Source: Amphiscolops sp. MND2022 (taxonomy: Eukaryota). From it: a DNA stretch of 64,000 nucleotides. Within the stretch, counting starts at the first letter, position 1; each line of letters begins with the position of its first letter. Of this stretch, positions 23,101-35,100 are shown piece by piece. The stretch covers positions 22,694,001-22,758,000 of the forward strand of contig OZ076409.1 of the NCBI GenBank assembly GCA_964187785.1. Direction: 5' to 3'. A program made the translations under genes and the position numbers. The notes under the pieces are model-generated. The model worked only from the letters and a program-made list of their open reading frames with translations. It ran no database searches and had not been told where the DNA came from.

Positions 23101-26100
23101 TGAAAGTTGTTGGAGTTTATGATAAAAGTCTTCTGACGTTCTTTCATTTGAGAAGACTGAAAGAAACATTTCTGATTGTTTGATGATTAATGTGTTTCCT
23201 CAGCAACTTGAACTTTAAATGTGTCACTTGAGATTTCTGTTTCTATAGTTTCTTTAAAAACCGTTTCAATTCTAAATTTAAGCTTTTTCATTTCTGTAGT
23301 TTTGGTGTTGTTTTTTCCTGGTTATTCTTTGATAAGGACTCGAAACGAGTTCCTGAGAGGTAACCTCGCATCTTAAATTGGTAAAAGATAAAACACTCTA
23401 ATTGCTAAAGCTTGTAAGATTCCTTTGTGAGAAGTCTGTTTCTGACACCTTATTTTTTCTATCTAGCGATGATGAATCTGCCTGCCCCGAGCGTTTTATC
23501 ATTATCGCCGATCTTGTGTAGACATTGCAAAAATTGCCGAATCATAATCACCAACAATCAGACGAATGAAAGTGTGTAGGTTGTTCATGGGGCACCAATT
23601 GTAGAGTCTATGGATCCATTATTGTCTACGTGAATAATGACTTCAGCAGGAGAGCTAAAAAATTTTCCAATTATCAGCATATAAAAAATCACGGTTTTTA
23701 CCTTGATCAGAAAAAAAGCTGAAGAATAAAAAATAGCGGGCCCAAAACACTCCACTGGGGCATTAGTATTAACGTTGTTGAATCTTATGGTAATATAGAA
23801 ACAAGTAAGATAAATATTGTCTTTTCTGGGCATAGCGACAACTCATATCAAGCGATAACTCATATCAGGCGACAACTCATATCAATTCAAAAATGCGACA
23901 ACTCATATCAAGCGATAACTCATATCAATTAGGAAAAGGGACAACTCATATCAGGTTTGTCTATAGGTTACAAATACATGAATTGTAATAATACCTAATT
24001 GTACTACTTTATAATTAACTACAATTGGAAATTCCAAGGAATATTTGGACTTATTTTCCATACTCAAAATTATTTTCTCTGCAACCCTTTTGTATGAAGG
24101 TGTGATAAGAGAGTGATTATATCCATGACATGATATTTAGCATAAAATCTTGCTACTATTCCATTATTTCTAATAATTATTCATCAATTAAGTAATTTTC
24201 TCTAATATTCTAGTTAATTATTCACATTAAATGTTCCTATGTAGATTTTGATTTTCTGATATGAGTTTTGATTGATATGAGTTGTCGCTTGATATGAGTT
24301 GTCGCTTTTTAAAATTGATATGAGTTGTCGCCTGATATGAGTTGTCGCTTGATATGAGTTGTCGCCGTACGTCTTTTCTGATTTCTTGTGTAATAAAGTG
24401 TAGTGTGATTATTTGTGACGCCAAGCAATGATAGGGTGCTTAGTATGACACAGGAGTGGACGAACCTGAAAACTGGCTCGCTTCCGGAACAGATCCACTT
24501 TAGCACCTTAGCGTCAGGTCCTTTGTGAGAAGGTATCGCATCAAAGAGAAAATCTCTAACCGATCCTAGTCTAATATTGCTAAAAGTAGCAGGCATCTTA
24601 CTGCTATCCTCAAGACCACAGCTCGAACATGAATTAAAACCGAGCATAGGACAACCAGGGTAAATTTGAAGGTTCTTCGGTGAATTAGATCTAAAATAGT
24701 AGCTCACATCAATATATGCAAATACAGATAAAACAGCAACATAATTATGACTAAATTCTGTTTCAACAACACCTGTTTCATGCGCCGACTAAAAACATCC
24801 AAATGTTCAGCAGTTATTTTCCGCTTTTCTGTATAATTAAGAAGAAAGTTCTAATTAGACAAGTGCTTTCTCAGTAACCCCACCTCATTATCACAGTCTC
24901 CTGGGGCATGAAATTTAAATTCAAAGCTAAGGTTCAATATTATGTTTTACTAGTAACGAAGTGAGAATTTATGGATGCAAGATGAATCTCCTAAATCAAA
25001 ACCGTTCTTCATCATTGGTAAAGTCTGATGTTTGTTACTGAATGGATATATCAATGGTATGAACAACAACAGGACGTTCTTTCAAAAACAATTCACAAGA
25101 ATATGTGACTTCTCAATTTTCCTTCATCATTTGTTTCGCTGAGAAACTAGATATCCAAGGACGTTTTTTCAATATTCTGTTTAGTTTTCCAACTCGACAG
25201 AAGTAGCAGTGATAACAGATAGTCCGAAACTTTCTCTGCATCCAACTCCCATAAATGGCAATGTGGACCACAAACATTCGCCCTCTAGCAACGACGAGTG
25301 CAGTGGATGCAAGAAGGACTTTGGGTCAGCCACAGATGAGTTGGAGCATTGTCCCCACTGCGGACAAGCCGTGTGCCCAGTGTGCAAAGGTAGCTAATTT
25401 ATTCGGACTTCTATTTTTAAGGCGACCTAATGTTCGTAATACCAGTTAATTTTATCCCCCATTTCCCAATTTGAAAGTTTTTAAAAATATTTTCTGTCGC
25501 TGAAATTTTTCATTGATATTTGTACAAACACACGAGTAATGTTATGTAAGCTCTGCTAAGCGTTTGGAAAACAGAATCTACTGATGTGGGAGTCCTTTCA
25601 CGGCGGTGAATAGAACATGTTCTACAGTTTAATTTGACAACCTAGAATGAGGCGCTTGTTCTCAAATCAAAATCACATTCAGACAGAACGTATTCGGTCG
25701 TAACAGTTTTTTAGGTCTATCAGAGAAATCGGGCCCGACAAAAAGGAATATCAAACGGTTATACGTTGTCAGTTGAGACGTATTCGATCACTGGCTTCGC
25801 TAACAATACCAACTGAAGATTTGCTTTGAAAAAAATATATATTTGTCAACTTTATGACGTCCTTTTTTCGACAAAGTTGGCAAACCCAACAGTCCGAACT
25901 CTAATATATGCTTATTTTGTGATACTATGACACTAGAAAAATTCTTGTTAAAAATATGCTTCTCTTCGTCAGTTTTTGTTCAATCTCTGCAGAGGCCTCC
26001 AAATTCTCGTTTAATATATTCCTACTTCAATAATGCCATTTTCGCACCACTGCGCTTCAAGGATTTTAGCTTTGTGATACTACAGTAACAAACTTCCTTC

Positions 26101-29100
26101 CCTGCTGAAAAAACTGCAAACGTTATTCAACTGAAAAATTTCACTGAATCATTTTCCTGCCTTTAACGGTAGTTCTATTTGTAGAAAACCAAAATGAACG
26201 ACAGGTCTCAGAGCTGAGACTACTTACACAAAAAACGGTTAGGGTTACAAAACCAAAGACTGAAAATGAATCACAATAACCGTGCAAGGCAAGTACTGGG
26301 ACATTGATCGGCATAAGAAATCATTGTATAGTGACAATAACTATTAGGAAGTTATTAGGAATAATTTTCATGAAATTGTCAGACTCTGAACACTCTTTAC
26401 AAAGCTTTGAACGAAACCACCAATCTTTGGACAAGGTGAAAGGATCTCTCTTGAAAAACATTGAGGCTCAGAGAGAGGGACAAGGTTGTTGTCTTTGTTT
26501 TCAGGGGAGCACAAGATGTTGGTGCTGGAGAGACTGCACACGAGTAGAGCCAGAATACAGGAGAAGGTTGACGACATGCGCTTCTCGCAGCAGTACAAGA
26601 AGGAGACTATTGCGCAACTCAAACTACAAGGTTACATAATACATGGCATAAATACGAAAAAGGCCGTGGCTGTGATTTTAACAGCTCGGTGATATATATC
26701 ACCGAGCTGTTAAAATCACAGCCACGGCCTTTTTCGTTTGTATACCTTTTTCGGTGATAGGGAGTATAGTCACTCGGTAATAATGCAAAAACAATTTATA
26801 GTAGAAACCAATTGATTTCTCAATTGCGATTTGTTCCATTCGAATGTGAGCTTTGAATGAATTATATAAGTGTAGTTGGAGAAAAAAATTATACGAGTGT
26901 TAATAATTATCAACTTTTATTCAGGCGTTGCCAGACTCGGTTTAGTATCATTTCACCCCATGATCATTTCACCCCATATCATTTCACCTCATATCATTTC
27001 ACCCCATATCATTTCACCCCATATCATTTCACCCCACATTCATTTCACCCCACGTTCATTTCACCCCACGTTCATTTCACCCCAAATTCATTTCACCCCA
27101 CGTTCATTTCACCCCACACTTAAATTATCAAATGCATCTCAGATAAATGACTATTGCCACCCAATTTCAATCTTAGCGCTGATAGAAAAGTGTCTTGGTT
27201 CTAATTACCAATTAGATAAGCAAACGATGCTTGCTATGTGAACCACAAAATCGGAACCGAAAAGTTTCACTTATCGGAATTGTAATACTTCAGAACAAGG
27301 AGCTCAGAAAAGTCATTTTTTCTGTCAATCAAAGTTTACAACTATGGATGCTGCGAATCTTCAGCAAAAAAATCCTTTTCCGTTTTCCTACGGCAAAAAA
27401 TTTCCTACTGGCCAGAAACCTCAAAGCTAACTCAAAAACAGTAGGCATCAAAGTTTAATTGTTGATTAACGTGAGACGCTTTTGTATAATTACAATATGG
27501 TGTGAAATGAAAGTGGGGTGAAATGAACGTGGGGTGAAATGAATGTGGGGTGAAATGAATGTGGGGTAAAATGAACGTGGGGTGAAATGAATGTGGGGTG
27601 AAATGAATGTGGGGTGAAATGATATGGGGTGAAATGATTTGGGGTGAAATGAATGTAGGGTGGAATGAATGTGGGGTGAAATGATATGGGGTGAAATGAT
27701 TTTGGGGTGAAATGAACGCACACCGTCAGACTCAACTGTCCCTGAACTGATCAGAAATGTTGATTCTTGAGAAAGTATTTTGTCTGTTTCTTATAGATGT
27801 CATCATGATCAAATCATATTGCAGCACAGAAACAACCAAAGTTAATTAAGACCTGACAACGGTGAGAATTTTGAAAATCGTAGCCTTCGACAAGTCTTTT
27901 CAAGACAATGGTACTCACCCGTACGTGTTCTGATAAAATTCTTACTTCAAGGTCTGCTAAGGAAGGGTCAAGTCCTGTACCAGTGCTTAAAAGTGCCACT
28001 TTTAGCCTTACAAGAACTGGGTCAGTCCTTGCCTGTCCATGTGAATTCCTGCTGGCGCATTCTGGGGCTAGCCTGGGATGTACTGGAGCAGAATTAAACA
28101 AAAATGGTCTAAGAAATGAAAGTATCTATTAGAGAACGGCACTAAGTATTCAGTGTTCATGAATATAGGACTGCTTCCGTAGTCCTTCACAATCGAAAAC
28201 GGGACCAAACATTTTTTTCGGAGTATTGACTGGTAAAAAAACACAGTCGGCGGCGGCAGGGTATCTCTGTATTATGGTGCAATATGATCATATTTCACTT
28301 CTTGGTGGAATAAAATCACACGTCGAACTAAAATCACTCTATTATGGTGCAATAGGATCTAAAATCATTTGTTTGATGGTACAAGATCCAAAATCACTGC
28401 ATTCTAGTAGATTGATGTCACAACCCCACTGTTGTGCTGGCGCCATGGGGCAATTCCCAAGAAAACTAAAACCGCCAAACCCAATTTCCAGAAGATTATG
28501 AAATTTAGATGGTCAACAAGGACTATAAACAAGTCCCACAGCTTCTTACTTTAGCCATGTAACTTCATATTTGTTAACGTAATTTTATACTGAGATCAGT
28601 TTTACATTGTTATACATCTGAAGTATTAGATGCGTAAATTTCATTCATCATTACATACTAGTATGACTCATAATACTTGTTGACGCAGTGCAGTTTGTGA
28701 GAGATAATTTTATACTAATATACTGAATTGCAGACAAAGAGTATGCGGCATCATGAGGATTGACTACTGACGAGTATGCGGCATCATGCGGATTGACTAC
28801 TGACGAGTATGTGGCATCATGCGGATTGACTACTAATGAGTATGCGGCATCATGGGGATTGACTACTGGCGAGTATGCAGCATCATGCGGATCAAGGTCT
28901 GACGTATATACGTCAACATACGCTTTTTGCACAAGTGCCACTATACGTCACTATGCGGTTTGATAAGTGACGAGCATACGACACTATGCGGTTTTAGCTG
29001 CATCAGCTGTAGTTTGGAGCTCTTATCTCATTTGCTGCTAAGTAAAATCTGAAATACTTTTGTGCATTGTCTCATATCATTTTCTGGGGTCCTTTAGATT

Positions 29101-32100
29101 CTATAATTGTGATTTGAATGTCATGCAATATGGATTTGTTGGATATAAATAGAATGATGACATCCTGATGTAACTCTTTTTATAACTTTTTAAATGATGA
29201 TACCTGTGAAAAGGAGTGTCATACTTCTAATTTTGAGACCATCAGTGCAGTTTTGAAACCGATCATTTCAAAATTAACTTCAGTTGAAAGCAGTAACTCT
29301 CAAAAGAAACTTCCCAACTGCCATTTAAATCAATTTTCATCAACTTTGTTCGCCAATTGAACCTTGTTTCACCATAAAACTGCAGAGAAATTCAACTATT
29401 TCCTTTCAACAAAACCTGGTTTTCACTTGATTGAGATGGGAAACAGAAGAAATAGGAGGTCTAAAGAACTAGATAGCCCCACACCCGAGGGAAAACAAGC
29501 AACATTGAAGTAGAAACTCTCAATCAAGATCTGAAATGAACGAAAAGCAAAATAGGCAACTTTCGGGATCCGAAAAAGTACAGTCTATAGGAGTTCGCGC
29601 ATCAAATAGTAAAAATCCAGAATCAGAAGATGAAGATGATCCTCTCAAAGCCTCAGATATGAAAGAATCAAAGCATCCAGCCAAATCATTGTACCAAAAC
29701 GAACTGAACTTGGAAGACGAAAAAATAGCTCCAGAAGAGGATTATCACAAGTGACTAAAAGTCACTGGTAATTCCTAGATTAAAAACAAAAATTACTGTA
29801 CTCTTGAACGCCCAGCAACTGATAAAAAAATTTCGATGAAAAATTCGAAATGCGCGATAGCAAATGAGATCATTCAAAATGGCCGAACTGGCACGTACAG
29901 AAAATCGAAAAAAGGAATACAAAAAAAACAACAAAACACCTGCCACCCACAAGCACGATAGAGAACACCCCGCCATAGAAGTATCCCCGACATCGTCGTG
30001 CGGTGCCATCCCCCTCGGAAGACGTCACAGCTAACAGCAGAACCCGAAGAATGTCCCAAGAGATGAAGAAACTCAGAAGTTTGCATATTTTGCATGTGCC
30101 ACCTCGCAAGTCCAAGACTCGCTGACACTGACGCTTGATGTTTCCTTAGTCTGTTGTACCGTATTTGTGGTTTTTTCAGGTATTTGGCAATGCTTGATCC
30201 CTATTTGACTTATTTTAGGTGTTATTCCGATAATACAATGTACTTTAGCTATACACCTGTTTTTGGACCTCGGAGGTATGTAGGAAGTCGCAGGAACGTT
30301 AGGAACCCTAGTATATGTTTTTACAGGCTTGAGGGACGTCGCCTCAGAGCTCTAACTGAGGAGCTTCCTTTGATGCATGAAAAGTCCCCTTAGGAGACCA
30401 TTTTGGGATCTAAAACTAATATCTAGGTTGTAGTAAGACACTGGTCTCCTGTTCAAGCAATCTAGGCATTGTCCCACTTCTTTTGTCCCGCTGCTAGCTG
30501 GACGTCATATCTGTTTTTTTTTAAAAAAAAACCCTAGATCATTTTTTGTGGAATAAGATCTAAAATCACCGTTTTCTGATCTACTGGTGGAAAGTGGATG
30601 AAACAATATCGTAAATCGGAAGTGTGTTTACTAATAAATAAGATTTAACTCCAGCAGAACACGGCGGTTTTACTTACTGTTCAAAGTGTTAATTTAGATC
30701 TGTTTCCACTAGGAGATTACAGTGAAATCGGATCTCAATGTTTTCACCAAGTTGTCGCATTTTATCGGTTGAAATAAAAGTGCGGTTTCCGAGACCACGC
30801 ATTCAGAACATAAGTTGCGTTCATCAATACGAAAAGTGATGATACTGAAGTAGGACCTTGCCTCATATATTCACACCACTGCACTGCTTCTGTGAAAAGT
30901 GATTGGAAAAAAGGGCTGGCTTGGCAGAATATGGCAGTTGCAGAATTGCACGTACCGGCAAAAGTCTCTGACGATGACATTTTTGTCGTGGCCTAAACAA
31001 TGTTTTTCGAAGACAAACACCGCATCAAATCAAAGACTTGTCTCAGAGATAAAATATAAATGTTTTTCACAGACGAGTTCATTTGGTAATTTTAATTCTG
31101 AAATCCGATCACTTTCTGAAGAAATCTGAAAACTACTTATGACCATTTTTGACAGTTTGAGTCAAATTACACACGTAACAAATGTAGCAACATTTAAAAT
31201 TCAGTTTTGTAGCTCTGAGTCTTTTCAAAAATTTTTCATTTGAACGCTTTTGTCACAAAGCAAGACAACAAAAAAATGAAATCCAAATGAAACTTCTACT
31301 AAACAGGATTTTAATACATGGAGTAATAGATCAACCTTCATTTCAATTGAAACTCATTTAGGAGTTGATTTTTGTCAAAAACCTCAGCTAGAAGCACACC
31401 AGAGGATTCCCACAGACACAAGAATGAGCTCTTGAATTGGCAATTTTGAATATCATCATCGAGATTCTTGACTTTGATTGTGAAAAATGCTGATAATTGG
31501 TTGATATTACAGTCATCACAATTTTTTCACATGTTGCTAGATCGCCAAGCAAAAAACCAACAGAATCTCTTTCAAAACCTCAAATTCTAAGGAATTTTGT
31601 TCTGGCAATGTTTTATAGTTGAAAAATCCAGGACTTTGTTGCCATGTAATGAAAATTGAACTGTTGATGCCTTTTTTTGCGAGCTAGTGTATTACTCACT
31701 TTAATACTCAATAAAAAGGAGCTAACATTTTCTTCAGACTTTTGATGGGCGACAACTATTCAAGTTCAACCGATCTGATATAACTATTGATTAGCACGCC
31801 TGAGTTTGATTTTTCAACTGTCACAGTTCGGATCAATTTTAGAGGTTATTAAGCCGACAGTTAAAAACAAGCCGAGAACGGCCAAAGTCGGCGCCATATC
31901 TAAGGCTCAAAATTGAAAAGGGGGGACCCTTCGGGCTTTGTGAAACTCCAGCTGGTTGCAAAAAAAGAAAAAAATAGAAGGGGGGACCCTTTTAAAAATT
32001 TTTTAAAATGAGATTTTTGAACAGAGTCACAGTGCCGAAAAATGTAAAAGGGGGGCCCTTTGCGATTTTTTGATATCCATTGTGTTGCAAAATATCGAAA

Positions 32101-35100
32101 CAAATGAAGGGGGACCCTTTGGTGCAATCCAAAAAGTTTCAAAAAGTCTCATAGTGCCGAAAAAAAGTGGGGCTATGTGGGCATTCTTAGTGTGTTTTCG
32201 AGGTTCTGGACGTCTGTTTTGTTTTTTCTTTCCGTTTTGGACGCGCTTCTGAGGTTGGAGTTGTTGAGGTTTGACGTTGTTGAACAAATGAACAAAAAAG
32301 TGGACCTTACGCGTCTAAAAAAAACTACCCACTGTAAGAGTCGGGCACATTTTCTACTAAAATGCGCCGACTAAAAACATGCATGCGCTTTGGGCAGAGT
32401 GTCTTGTTTTCATCAAGCGGGATGAACTAGAATTGCGTAAACTAGAAATGACGTAGATGGAAACGAATTAAAAATCGTTCTATTTTGCGTTAGTTTTTGC
32501 TGCAAAGGCGTCCATATATTGAAAATTAAGTAAGTTTCTCAATTTTAACAGTTCAATTATGGCCAGTCAACTCAATTGCCTCCTAAGATGCTATTAAAGT
32601 TTGGAAAATGAGTCTGTTGATGCTCGGACATCATCTAGGCATCTTATTGACGCAGACAAAGTATTTAATTGCAATGACGACGCAGCAAAAACAGCGAGCA
32701 CTTTTTGTTGCAACAAAAGCAGCCATATCAAAACTACCAAAAAGATTTTTGTCGTATTTATTGTATTTAACGTTTCAGACCAGTTTCCTTCAGCAGAGGG
32801 ACCGCATTTTTTCAGATTTGGTGAATATGGATTTTGAAAAAAATCTTAAGCAATTATTTAACTCCAAAGAAAACAAACTTCTAGCGTCATAAATTGAAAT
32901 TGTGCTTCTTCCTTTTGAGCTCCAGTTTAATACATTGTAGAAAATCTTTTTTTTCTTTTAATTAATTAGCTCGAGGCATGTGCCTTTTCGTTAAAGACAA
33001 ATATCACGCAAAATCGTACGATTCTACCAATTTTACTAACTTTATTCGACGGATGTATTTGTTATTGTTCGTCGCTAGCTGGTATTTAGTTGGGAGAATT
33101 TTTTGTGGAACTGTGCGACTTTTTGAGAACCTTTTCAATTCACTGGTTTATCTGCTTTTCGTTTTTTCAAATTTTTTTCTGTTAGAAAAAACTCGTTTCT
33201 ATCTTTAGGGGTCCACTTTTCGCGTTATTCAACACAGTGAGGCTTTTTTCAAATTAAAAGAGTCTCTAATCGCTCAACTAGAGTGTCATTATTCTAATGG
33301 GGTCTGAAACCCTATTCTTTGTATAAAAGAACCGATATTTGAAACACAGGTTCGATGTTCATGGAATAACTATTAACACTCTTTCTTTTTGTACACGATG
33401 AAGCCTTTGAAGTTAGGGTGAAAAAACCTGAATTGATAATGGGCTTACTTTGTTTTGGAAAAATCCAGACCAAAACCAGTAAAAGCATTTGGTAAAAGAT
33501 TTTTTTTGACAATTGATGGAACTTCTGACTACGTATCATAATTGTGATGTCTTGCAAGTCGTTAATTTATCATTGCATGGTCTCGCGAGATTCTTGCAAG
33601 ACTGACATCGGCTCGCAAGAAACTTTCAAGAATAACATATTTTTGTAAGACACTTGCAAGACAACTGCAAGATTTCATTGTATATAGGGCCTCTGAATCC
33701 ATAGTTACTCAGTTTTGCTAACAGTATTCCATGGTCTAATGAATCAAAAGCTTTCTGTAGATCTATAAAACAGGAAATTCCACTTGATTTTTTATCAATT
33801 TCATTAGAGGTGAAATTGATAAAAAATCAAGTGGAATTTCCCGTTTTATTGATCTACAGAAAGCTTTTGATTCATTAGACCATGGAATACTGTTAGCAAA
33901 ACTGAGTAACTATGGATTCAGAGGCCCTATATTCAATATAATGGTTGACTATCTTTCAAACAGATCACAATATGTATATGCGAACGGGAATCGGAGTGAT
34001 ATTGCCAAAATAACAACTGGAGTACCACAAGGGTCAGTTCTAGGTCCCTTCTTGTTTCTCGTATATATCAACGATTTGCCCCAGATCCTTGGAAACGATA
34101 ACAAGATGGCACTTTTCGCTGATGACACATCCATAATCAAGTCTGGAAAAACGAATTGTAACATGCAAAACGACTTAGATAAAATTTGTGATTGGTTCAA
34201 TTATAATAAAATGTCACTGAACACCTCGAAATGTGAAACCATGTCATTTGGTAACAACTATCAAAATACGCTCACAGTTCAAAACGAAGCCATGCCACGA
34301 ATCACATGCTGTAAGTATTTGGGTGTGTTGATTGACTCGAAGTTGACTTACAGAGATCATATTATTTACGTTGTAAAGAAGCTCAATAAATTTTGCGGCC
34401 TGATATATAGAGTTCGGGATATCTATCCAATAAAATGTCTATTGTTGTTTTATAATGCGTATGCTAAGTCTGTAATTTGCTATGGACTATTGGTTTATGG
34501 AAGAGCGGCGAAAACGAACCTTACCAAAATTGAAATGGCACAGAGGAGAATTATCAGAGCTATTTTATTCAAAAAGAAGTTTGACAGCTTGCAAAACATT
34601 CTGCACCAAACCACTTTAAATACAGTTTTTGAATTGTTCATTCAGGATGTATTTCGAGAAATCTTTATTCAACTGAGATCTAATAGTACATCGAAACTTT
34701 CGAAACTCATTGCTGAATGGAAACAACGAAAAACGCGAGGATCGATAAAAGGCCTCTTGCCATTACCCTACAGCAGAACGAAAAGTAAATCGAAGTCAGT
34801 TGAGCATACACTCATCAAAGGCTACAACTGGTTATTGCAAACGGATTTAATGCCTGGTAATATCGAAACCATGACCCAAACGCAAATCAAAACGTACCTG
34901 AAAAATCTAAATAGGCTATATATTACAGATAGTAGTGAACTTTTTGCTTTGTTTTTCCAATGATAAGGTCAGTCGCTGAAATTGAATCACAGCCGAAAAA
35001 TATACTCTTCACATTAGTTGATCAATAAAGGATAAAAGCTTTATTGTGTGAGATAAAGATACTTCTGAAATAGGAAGGTTAGATATGAGTTGGACTGAAT

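Noticed and set aside
26857..27735. ORFs with HFTP/ISPH repeats
   Set aside because: They are translations of the 15-bp minisatellite arms of a foldback element.
28651..28963. ORFs with VVNPHDAAYSS repeats
   Set aside because: Product of a 33-bp minisatellite open on both strands, with no supporting gene structure.
29870..32900. Short coding-looking stretches near 29870-30400, 30780-31000 and 32600-32750
   Set aside because: Possibly old TE fragments, but no recognisable motif or boundary supports a call.
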